Below are positions 41,301 through 51,375 of a stretch of 64,000 bases of DNA, piece by piece. The position numbers and the translations under genes were made by a program. Below the pieces are notes generated by a model, which saw only the letters and a list, made by a program, of their open reading frames with translations, ran no database searches and was not told where the DNA came from. The stretch is from Klebsormidium nitens (Eukaryota; Plantae; Klebsormidiophyceae), in NCBI GenBank assembly GCA_000708835.1, contig DF237150.1, positions 84,685 to 148,684 of the forward strand. The letters are read 5' to 3'. Each line of letters begins with the position of its first letter. The stretch's first letter is position 1.

Positions 41301-44300
41301 TTCCGCTCGACGGAGGCGTTCCGGTCGGGGAGGGAGTTTCGCTTGGAGTAGAGGTTTCGGTAGGAGGAGGCGTTCCGGTCAGGGAAGGCGTTTCGGTAGG
41401 GAAAGGAGTTCCGTCGGGAGCAGAGGTTTCGGTAGGAGAAGGCGTTCCGGTCGGCGAGGAACTTCCGCCGGGAGAAGCCGTTTCCGTTGGGGTAGGGGAC
41501 GTTCCGGGTGGGGAAGGCGTTTCATTGGGAGCAGGCGTTCCGCTCGGCGAGGCCGTCCCGGGCGGCGGACTGCCGGACGGAACGGGCTCCGGGCTTTGAG
41601 TCGGAGGAGCGGAACCGGATGGAGACGGAATCGGAATCTCTGAGGGTCCTGGGCTCTCCGAGGGGGGGCCCGAGGGGCCGGCGGACGGAGGGGGGGTTTG
41701 CGCGGACGGCGGGGGGGTGCTCTCAGGGGGCGTTTCGGGGGGAGGATTGCTAGACCCCGGTTGCGGGGGTTGCGTCGGCTGCGTCGGCTGTGGTTGCGTC
41801 ACTTGGGGGGGTTGAGTCGGTTGAGTGGGTTGCGGCTGCGTATTCTGGGGGGGTTGAGTCGGTTGAGTGGGTTGGGGTTGCGTGTTTTGGGGGGGTTGAG
41901 TGGGCTGCGTCGGTTGCGGCTGCGTGGGGGAGGGGGTCTGAACCTGTTGAGGATCAGTTGGAGAAGCGGTTCCGATAGGCTGCCCGGTAGGAACTTCCTC
42001 CGTAGGCCCGGGGCTTTCAACTGGGAAAGGAGTTTGAGTCGGGGCAAAAGAGGGGACCTCTGTGGGAGTGCTTGGATCAGAACCGCCGGGCGTTGCCGAA
42101 GGGGTCGAGCCCGAAGTCGGGGCTTCTGAGGGGTTGCTCGATGCAGAACCTCCGGGCGTTGCTGAGGGGGTCGTGGGGGCTTCCGTCGGAGTTGGGCCAG
42201 AACCACCGGCCGTTTGCGAAGGGGTTGGGGCTTCTGTTGGGGTGCTTGAGCTAGACCCACTGGCCGATTGTGAAGGGGTGGGAGCAGAAGTAGTGGGGGC
42301 TTCTGAGGGAGTGCTCGGTTCAGNNNNNNNNNNNNNNNNNNNNNNNNNNNNNNNNNNNNNNNNNNNNNNNNNNNNNNNNNNNNNNNNNNNNNNNNNNNNN
42401 NNNNNNNNNNNNNNNNNNNNNNNNNNNNNNNNNNNNNNNNNNNNNNNNNNNNNNNNNNNNNNNNNNNNNNNNNNNNNNNNNNNNNNNNNNNNNNNNNNNN
42501 NNNNNNNNNNNNNNNNNNNNNNNNNNNNNNNNNNNNNNNNNNNNNNNNNNNNNNNNNNNNNNNNNNNNNNNNNNNNNNNNNNNNNNNNNNNNNNNNNNNN
42601 NNNNNNNNNNNNNNNNNNNNNNNNNNNNNNNNNNNNNNNNNNNNNNNNNNNNNNNNNNNNNNNNNNNNNNNNNNNNNNNNNNNNNNNNNNNNNNNNNNNN
42701 NNNNNNNNNNNNNNNNNNNNNNNNNNTACCGGGCGTCGCAGAAGGAGTCGGGCCTTCGGTGGGGTTGCCCGGGCTAGAACCACCGGCCGTTTGTGAAGGG
42801 GTTGGGGCAGGAGTGGGGGTTTCTGTTGGACTGCTCGGCGCGGAACCACCGGCCGCTTGTGAAGGGCTGGGGGCCTCTATCGGGGTGCTCGGAGGAGAAC
42901 CACCGGCCGTTTGCGAGGGGGTGGGGGTTTCTGTGGGGTTGCTCGGAGCAGTCCCACCGGGCGGTCCTGGAGGAGTTGGACCCGACGTCGGTGCTCCTGT
43001 AGAAGTGCTCGGCGCAGAACCGCCGGCCGTTTGCGAAGGGGTTGGGGCTTCTGAGGGAGTGCTCGGCACAGTAACACCGGGCAGTTGGGAAGGGGTTAAG
43101 TTCGAAGTTGGAGCGGGCGTCGGAAGCTCGGTAGGTGGGTTCGGGTCGGAAGTGCCGGGGCTCCCCGTTGTAGAAACAGGTCCCCCGGAAGAGGAGGTCG
43201 GTGGGAGAGTGGGTGAGACAGCCTGAGTAGACTCAGTCGAAACAGGGGATCCGGACGGGCTTGCAGAAGGTTCAGTGGAAGGGTTTGGAGAGGTGCTTTG
43301 GGTCGGGTCTGGCGAAGGGGTTGAGTTTTGCGGTGCGTTGGATGCAGAGGGAGTCGGTGTTGAGGTCTCGGAAGGAGGGTTTGAGGTTGGGTTTGGTACG
43401 AGATTTTGGGTTGGCGAAGGCGTGGTTGACCCGGTGATTGCGCTTACTGACACCGTGCCCTGGGGGGGAGTTGAGACGGGTTTGGAAGCAGTTGGGGTCG
43501 GGGTTAAGGTGGGGGTCTCCGTCGGGTTTGGCGTGGTCGGCGAGGGAATTTGCGAGGGGTTAGGTGTTGCCAAAGGGGAGGTTTCGGACGGCGTCGGTGA
43601 TGGGGTTGAGGTCGGGTTAGCTGGAGTTAGAGTCGGGGTTAGAGAAGGAGACGAGGAACCCGAAGTGGACGAGGGAACTGGTGAAGGGAGACCGGTCGAG
43701 ACTGGGGGAGCAATCGGGGTTAACGTCGACGGGTTTGGCGTGATTATTGGGGGACTAGAGGAACTTTCAGGTAAGGAAGAAGAAGTGGGGTTTGAAGAAG
43801 AGGGCAACGGAGTTTCGGTTGACGGACTGGGAGGAGTTTCGGTCGGAAGAGGGATGGGTATATCTGTAGGTGAGGAGGAAGAAGTAGGATTTGGAGAAGA
43901 GGGCAACGGAGTTTCGGTAGGTGAACTGGAAGGAGTTTCAGTCGGAAGAGGGGTGGTAACATTTGTAACGGTTGGCGTTGGCAGCGGGTTGGAAAGCGCA
44001 GGAGCTAGGGAAGGCGTAAGGGGGGGGGTTAAGGAAGGAGTCGCTGTCGGAGAGACGGAGTCGGTCGGAGAGGGGGTTTCTGTTGCTGTTGGGTTAGGGG
44101 TTGAGGTCACTGCGGGCGTCGTTTCAGATGGCGAAGGCAACGGAGTCGCAATTGGAGTAGAAACGGGGGTAGTAGTTAGATTCGGTGTGTTGGAAGGACT
44201 GGGAGTGGATTCTGTGGGGCTCGGACCCAGGCTTACGGTTAGGTTAAGAGACAAACCTTCGGAGGGGGTCGGAGACGGAGTGTTGCTGGAAGTTGGCGTG

Positions 44301-47300
44301 GGGGTGGTTTCTGAAGGGGCGGGGGAGGGGATGAAAGTAATATTTGAAATGACGGTTGGAATGGGGGTTACGGTCAAGATTGGACCAGCAGAAGGAGGGA
44401 GTGTTGCGAAGTTGGTAGAGCTTGGAACAGTCTCCGAGGGGGTCGGCAAAGGCGTTCCGGTTGGCGGGACGGTTAACACCGGGGTTTCGGATGGGGTTGG
44501 AGAAGGGTTTACTTCTGCGGTCGGACCCGGGGTTTGGGAAGGGGTTGAGGTTGAGCTAGGAGTTTCTGACGGGGTAGGCGAGGGGGTTACAGTAGCAGTT
44601 GCAGTGGGAGTGGGGGAGGGTGTGGTTGTTTGAGTCGAGGTAGGGGTTGGGGTTTCTGAAGGGGTCGGGGAGGGAGAAGAGAAAGCAATTTCGGAGGGGG
44701 TTGGGGAGGGGGAAGAAGAAGCAGTTTCGGAAGGGGTTGGGGAGGGGGAAGAAGAAGCAGTTTCGGAAGGGGTTGGGGAAGGGGAAGAGAAAGCAGTTCC
44801 TGAGGGCGTTGGGGAGGGGGAAGAGAAAGCAGTTTCGGAGGGGGTTGGAGATGGCGTGTTTGCTGACGTCACGCTGGGGGTAGGAGTAGTTGTGGGAAGA
44901 GTGTCCGTCGGAAGGGGAAGCGAAGTTGGGTTTGGAGTGTCGCTTGGCGGGGAGGTCGGAGGCTGAGTTGGGGTGGCTGACGGGGTTAGAGTTGGGGTTG
45001 GGGACGGGGTTAAGGACGGGGTTAAAACTGGCGTTGAGCTTGGGGTTTCGGTTGGGTTAGTGCCAGCGGGTGCGGTTGGGCTAGGGGACGAGGTTACTGT
45101 AGCGGAAGGGTTAGGAGTCGGCGTCTCACTATCCGTGGAAGTTTGCGACGGGGCTGGGGTTTGGCCGAGAGTCGGGCTTGGAGAAGGGGTGTCGCTGGCC
45201 GGGGGGGTTTGGGTCGGGTTAGGAGGAGGGGTGTCAGTAACCAGGGGGCTTGGCGAAGGAGTTGGTGCCGAGGAGGGGGGGTCAGTGATACCAGTTGATG
45301 ACGTGCCCGAGGGGGCTAGGGACTGAGTTGGGCTGTCGGAAGGGGGGGGCGTAGAATCGGACTGCAGGAGTTGCCGGACAGTCCGCTTGAGGTGTCCGAA
45401 GAGCCCCTGATCCTGATAAGACACGGGGAAGACACATGTCAGCCAGTCTGCGAGGGGGACCAACAGACCTTGAAAAAGCAGCAAGGATACAAATGGCTTC
45501 TGGATATGAGAGGACAGTGGCTCTTGCGAGGTAAAGAGCGAAACATAACCGCTGACTGTAATAGCAGCCTCGCTTGATGTACTTTTCAAATGGTTCTGAC
45601 TGGTGAACGTGTGCTGTAAAAAATGGGCCCTTGACGTCCAAACCAAAGGCCTGCCTGAAATGATTGATTACACAAACTGCGACGATTGAAGGTTGACAAG
45701 GCGGCGTTTGCTGGTAAGCTCTCGTGCTCAATAATATTCCCGTCTTTGCTTGACCTCTCTCATCCAAGCACTTGTAAAGCACTCGCAGTAATATTGGGTG
45801 CTCGTATTCCGGAGAGATTGTCTTGGCATCTTCTACAGAGCCGCATTTTCAGCCAAAGAGAGGTTGGGATTGTCTGGTCAGCTCAAAAGTAAACGCAATA
45901 TTCACATTTCTTCATTTTTTTCAGCCAGCTCGTTCCAGCTCGATTTGGTCCTTTAAAAGCAAATTCCAATCTGGTCCTGTGGCGATAGGTCAGCTCAGCA
46001 CGCAGTTGAGATCTTCACAAAATCGTCTTGACTCTGAACTTTTGTCCTTAACATAAGGATCCAACAAATCTCCTGATGCGGATGCAGCTTAGCAACCACA
46101 GTCGACACAAAGCAACCCATCCAGAAAGGAAGTTCATTTGGTAATCCTTGGAAGGGTAATGCCCGCCATCTGGGGCTTGCTAATTAGGGATCCCAACGCT
46201 CAAGACCTCGTCAAAGGGACACATTCAAACTTAGCTGATAAAGCACTAACCAGCTACAAGACAGTAATCAATGCCGCTCCAGTCAAACATCTGGAGTTGA
46301 GCTATCAGCGAGGAAGGCCTGGCGGGCCTGGTGCAACTCAAACAAAAAAAGTGTTTTGCTTGCGCTCTTTGCTTATCAAAACTGTCTCCTTGGGTCACTG
46401 TTGGGCGCCCCCCAGGCTGGGCAACAGGAACTGACGCCCTTTACCAAAAAGCTGGCAAGATTATCGAAGCTTGCGGGATGAGAATCCTTAGCAGCAAACT
46501 AGCTGGCAAATGACAAATGAGCTTCCACTGAGCTGAAGTTCTTCACAAAGAGAGTGACTGAACAAAAGCAGTTCGCAAGTCCCAACACTCTTTCTTTGTG
46601 CAGCTCTTTGCGGGCTACATTTTCAAACTTCTTTCTGTTGGCCCTTCTTTGAGGGAGGCTGCATGCGTTGGTCCAGGAACCACAGCTATGACTTGAAGGA
46701 GCCCACATCAGGCAACAGTCGGTTGAACATGACGCCATAATACTGGCCAGAATCTGCCACTCCTGAGTGCCCACTGCCCGCCCAGCATGTTTACAGGGGA
46801 TTCCTTATATTGCACCGCAGGCTAGGGCGAAACTTGCATTTGCACCAGCAGAAAGTACGGCCGGGCAGAAAGTGGGTCCGATGGGAAATAATGCAAGCAC
46901 CTTTAGTCGGACTTACAAGGAGCACAACAATTCGTTATGTCCAAACTTGCGCACGACAAATGCCACATTCACTCCACAAAAGATTGCCCAGTAGAAGCTG
47001 TGATGGCATCACAGGGAGTGCCCACCTGGCCGGGCGCCCCCGATGATCCCCCCGGTTGTGAATAAGCTCCCGGACAGGCTGCCCCCTCTGCTCCACATGG
47101 TGCGGCGTGCCCATTCACACCAAGTACCACCGCCAGCACAAGGACCACTAGTAACAGCTCCCGCCAGCTTCTTCTCGGAAAAGACAAGCCCCCATTGCTT
47201 GCTCCAAGTAGGCCTATCCCTTTCAGGCCACGCTTAGAACCTTGCTTTGAGCTCTGGGCCACATGATTGGAGCTAGTCCAAGCTCTAATGCAGTCCTGCG

Positions 47301-47322
47301 TAGTGCGCCAATCGCCCGTCAT
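32331..47322 (-). CDS. Giant membrane protein: N-terminal hydrophobic signal/anchor, ~1,500-aa Pro/Thr/Ser mucin-like stalk, two bacterial Ig-like (Big_13-type) domains, ~8-9 TM C-terminal region (At3g48200-like family, from memory)
   Basis: Phase-consistent exons: 45412-40498 (PTS stalk, spans the gap), 40134-39978, 38806-38662, 38247-~38092, 37716-37394, 36807-35666, 35080-~34766, ~34415-34285, ~33855-33510, ~33250-33070, ~32570-32331. The first exon starts at ATG 47322 (WRELLLVVLVLAVVLGVNGHA). Ig-like motifs: TNASVFPLNITFPENVT...INVTNG...TYTFQ and LEISVPAGVVRDNYGNANQASN. TM-region motifs: RNLLGTLFHMQLFAMAERLAVPLP, GALLHPRFELFL, WGSLFEDTRG, PFISRRLQFVE. Small exons between 47030 and 45420 were not resolved. 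Confidence 0.8.
38521..38630 (+). repeat. Intronic minisatellite, ~5 degenerate units of 20-24 bp (consensus ~CGCCCACTTATACTGGGATCA)
   Basis: Units read acgcccatttatattgggagc / actccaactcatattggaaca / cgccctcttatactggaatca / cgccacttaatttaggatca / cccacttatactgggatcg. Confidence 0.6.
40680..45360 (-). repeat. Coding tandem repeats of the mucin-like stalk
   Basis: Peptide units: FSSPSPTPSETA x5 (~44660-44850), EAPTPSQTAGGSAPSxP-type units on both sides of the gap (~42060-43060), PTQPTQPPQNTQPQ x3-4 (~41760-41930), TETPSPTGTPxP units (~41150-41540), and TPNxTxAPNATLLPTLVPGPTA x2 with N-x-T sequons (~40770-40980). Confidence 0.9.
42324..42726. other. Assembly gap (run of N) within the repetitive coding exon
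   Basis: A literal N run flanked on both sides by the same EAPTPSQTAGG-type repeat family, so it is probably a collapsed repeat. Confidence 0.99.
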
Positions 47323-48254
47323 GCGGTCCCCACTGCCCTGCCCGTTCTAAAAGCCTTCTCTTGTCAGTAAAGCTCAGCTCCACGCTCATTGGACTGACGC
47401 ATCACTGTAAATCACTTTGAAGTCAGCTGAGAGAGAAAGATTGTAACGCCGAACTGTCTGTGAATGTTACTCTGCGATTGAGAATAACCTTTCACACAGC
47501 CTTCACTGATGCGCTGCAACTCGGTGGACTTCTTCAAAACAGCAGTCCAACCAATGACTCGATGCCACTCAAACCGCTTCAGTCAGAGCAGAGTTGTAAG
47601 TGACAGGATGGGATAGCTGTGGCACTCCTTGTTCCACCAGACTTATGACTTTTCCAGAACAGACGGTTGGAGCTCGGTGGCAGCTGCAAACGGCCCAACC
47701 GACCTGATGAATACCTAGGACTCTCTCTGTGCATTCCTCTTTGTATGGATCGCCGGCAACAATGCTGCTGACAGAGAAGAATGATGCAATCACTTCAAAC
47801 CTTGCGCGCTGCCTCTTCCTCTCCCTCTCCCTCTGTTTCCGCCTCGAGCAGGCATGCATTTTCGCAAGCTGGCGCAGTCTTGGCCAGCAGGTCCGCAAGC
47901 CACTAGCCGTTGCGGTTGGCCGAATCAGCTAAGAGCCGTCGATACGTAAAAGCTGCAGGCTGGCTTCCGGTATCTTACGGTACAAAGCCAGCCACCTGTC
48001 TAGACCGTTCCGTGATTCAATGCGAACTTTTTGGACGGTAGAATTGCCGCATCCGACGGTGCATATGCATGCGCCACTAAGAGTCCTTTGTCAGAGTCCA
48101 GACCTGAGACGACCTCTTCGAAGTTCGAGAATCGAGATCAAGTTCGACCTAATAGTAATAGGCTTGGAAGTTGGAGTCCAACTTGAAGTTGGAGGCTTGG
48201 ACCTTGCTACATTTGATGAGATAGTTACGGCCGCCATTGTTCTTGACACTCAAC

Positions 48255-49590
48255 ATGGCTGACACAGCCTCCCCAAGGGGTCCAGGAATGAATGCGCTTC
48301 CCCCAGAGCTCACGTTGCAGATAATCTGCCTGGCTGTGAAAGAGCGGAGACAGCGTTCTCGCACGCTGGCATCGTGCAAATTGGTCTCAAAGGAGTGGTG
48401 TGGTTATGCACGCCTGGCAAGCATAGAGCTTTCTATCAGCTCAACGAGCTTGCACATACCAGCCACACGGACCTGGGGCACCTGCGAGCAGCTCTGCAGG
48501 ACAATCCTCAAGTCGTCTCGCTCTGCCTGTGCATAGATCATGTTGAACCACTTGCGGACTGGGGAGGTTTGCTTTCCGCCCTCGCTTCTCAAAAATGGTC
48601 TTTTGTGGCCGTTGCTTGGGGCAGTGCCTGTGAGACAATCTCTCTTACCACACTGCTGTCCACTTCCTACAGCACTTTGCAAAGTCTCCAGCTTGTCAAT
48701 GCGGAGCAAGAGATCAACGATCTCGACCAGGTCTTCCGGCAGTCGGTGAATCTGCAGAGGGTATCTCTAAGTGGAATATTTGGAACATCTCCGCAAAGAT
48801 TTGCAGCACTCCTGGCAGATGCGGGCACATGTCCTCAAGTGAAGGAGCTTGAAATTGATGAGCTCTGGTATGCCGGGGGGGTACGCGTTCGCAGACTGCC
48901 TGACAACCAGTGCCTCACACAAATACCTAGCACGTTCCCAAATCTACGGGCGTTATCCTTGACAGCTTTGGCGAGGCGAGAGTTCCGCCAGAAGTATATG
49001 CAGCGCTAGCTGGTAGCTTACCCCGCCTGGAGTCGTTGAGCATAACCGGAACTCAGCTTTCCACCTTGGAAGATGCTGTTCTCTTCAGCATCTCAAGATG
49101 TTGTCCACTGCTCCGTGAGTTAGCGCTTGGGTCGCCCCTTGTCAATATGCGATCAAGAAGGTATGAGTTGCCCACCCATATAACTGCATTGGGTTTAGTG
49201 GCCATTCTTGATCGGTGCCCCTGGATCACCTCTTTGAAACTTCCGCGCCTTCCAGAAGTCAGAAGGGAGGCATGGTCAACACTCTTACAGAAGATGAAGA
49301 ATATCCAAGTTCTCGAGTGCCCCTGGGATTGCAAGGTCATTCCAGCATTCAATGTCCTCAAGAAGCTCAAACGCTTGACACTCTTTGATTGGGGGGACCA
49401 ATGCATTGAACAAGTTGACCTGGAACAAGTAGCACAAATTCTCGGACGACTACCTAATCTTTCAATACTTCGGATATGCTCTCCAAACCTGGATACGGCG
49501 GTGGTTGAGATAATGAGACCTCATATGGCTGGCATTGCCTTTGAGACGTATCTTAGGGAGGGAGATGAGTTGAGGCTAACGTATCATTGA
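48255..49590 (+). pseudogene. Intronless F-box/leucine-rich-repeat gene interrupted by two frameshifts (pseudogene or assembly errors)
   Basis: The F-box MNALPPELTLQIICLAV...LASCKLVSKEWCGYAR is in frame A. LRR-like LQSLQL, LQRVSL, VKELEI and FPNLRALSL are in frame B (48374..49009). RVPPEVYAALAGSLPRLESLSITG...CCPLLRELAL...LPNLSILRI is in frame C (to 49590). Each switch (~48440-48470 and ~48960) needs one missing base, and no usable GT-AG intron lies at either site. Confidence 0.7.
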
Positions 49591-50639
49591 CTTCATATAG
49601 GCTTTCATATGTTTGATCTTGATTAGTCAGAACTCAAAAGTCCATCGCCTTTTACAAGTAGTTGAGCATGCTAAACCGACTTTCGTGCTGAGTTGCTGCG
49701 CCTTGATGAGGTAGCATGTAAAGAGACAGTGTCCTTTTAGACAGCTGATTCGGGGCTTTTTCCATTGGGAGTCATCTCTCAGGAAGTTGGGATAAATGTC
49801 TTTTTTGATGAACCTTAAACTCTGAAATCAACTTATCAAGCTTGCACCATGGGCGCGGCTACTAGCGCCTAAGCGTTTATGAAATCAAGTGACATTCTTC
49901 CTCCGCATTTGCAAACTCGTCGGAAACATGATGTTGAATGCATCCCATGCTCGAAATGCAGCTTTCTGCTTGCTTAATGGATTGTGTCCCACATTGGCGG
50001 CAGCCGCCTACAAAACAGCTGCAACAAAATAGAGTGGCATATGTATTCTAGCTTTAGTGCGCATGTGGCATATATGGGGCGCATATCAAAGATCATCTAT
50101 ATAGCTTGATGTGCCAGTGCAGAATGATTTGTCCCGTCCTAGCTCTGTACGCGGGTCACTTCAATACACAACTCTCAAATCATCGGTCACTCAGTTCATG
50201 ATGAGACGGACGCGGTTGCGACGGCCGCATCTCGCATAGCCGGAGCTGCAGCCGCCTGGCATATCACATGCAGGCCCACACGCTCTTGATTCTTCATTCC
50301 AACTAGTACTGTTTATCATCGACCGTCATACAATTGTTTCCTATATGTCTGGTCAATCGACTGTCGTACAATTGTTTCCTATATGTCCGGTCACAGTGCA
50401 TTCAATGGGGCCGACTCCTTGACTCTTGAGTCAGCCCTTTAAACATTTGCTGCTCCAGTGTAGCCTTAAGTTCACATGAGTCCATTTACATATAATATCG
50501 ATCTTGGTATAGGTAGCATATAGCCATGGAAGAATAAGCTCAAGGAACAGGCCCACAAGATGTGTATGGCGGCCATGATCGAAGCCTATGGCCCAACTGG
50601 CTATGGCGTAACTGAAAAGAGACCAAATATGTCTTATCT

Positions 50640-50990
50640 CTGCGCAAGGGGCCAACTAGGCTAGCTATATAACAATTATAGGATAACATGATGCATCTTG
50701 GCCCGTGCCAGGAGCGTGGGAATGTCAATGCATGTTGGTCGGATCGACGTTTCGAGCAGGAATCAAGAATTGCAACAACTTATACCCAGTGGAAAACTTG
50801 AGACTCAAGCAATCCCAACCGTACTATAATGATAAAAACTACATTGAGGCAGGCTCGTATTCGATTGATTGATCCAACTGTCACCAGGTTCAGACCAATT
50901 ACTTTACGACCTTATGTGTCAGTGCGATGCATATGGAGCACACATGCAATTCCTTACCATGCATTGTACGGATCTGGCCACTCGCTTGCA
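50640..50990 (+). mobile_element. Possible very decayed Gypsy integrase remnant
   Basis: A stop-interrupted frame gives SDRRF...TTYTQWKT*DSSNPNRTI (cf. TAYHPQTDGQTERVNRTL, with T, Y and NRT at the same spacing) and THAIPYHALYG (cf. TGxSPFExLYG). The region is rich in CA/TG. Confidence 0.3.
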
Positions 50991-51375
50991 ATGCAAACCA
51001 CATACCCAGCGATTCTATCATTGTGAGCATACAGGATTGACGAGTTGCATGCCTAGACAGCCTCGCAGGGAGCAGGAATCTTGTCATTCATATCCCGGAT
51101 CTCAGGTGCTTGCACTACATGTATACAAATGTCTCACAGCATGGGCGTGCCTCATTTGCAGTTCATACTGTGTCACACAGCTTTGGCGATGATAACTTTC
51201 TGTAAGTATCTGGTCCTCCTTGCTGTTGTCAAGTGCTTGCGACCCTTGAAAGGCTGCTCAAAGCCGTCTACCTCTAGCTTGCAGCCAGACGACCTGCTTT
51301 CAAGTCCGCGCCTTGTGCTCAGAAGATTTCTTACCGAGAGGTGGATGATCAACCCAATGCTGCCTTGATCCAAGA

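Noticed and set aside
43275-44633. Long plus-strand Gly/Val/Glu-rich ORFs (also 40511-41599, 42062-42796, 42759-43226, 44973-45326)
   Set aside because: They are antisense shadows of Pro/Thr/Ser codon repeats. The minus-strand frame splices coherently into Ig and TM exons.
48440-48980. Programmed ribosomal frameshifting in the F-box gene
   Set aside because: There is no slippery heptamer or obvious stimulatory structure at either site, and pseudogenization or sequencing error is simpler.
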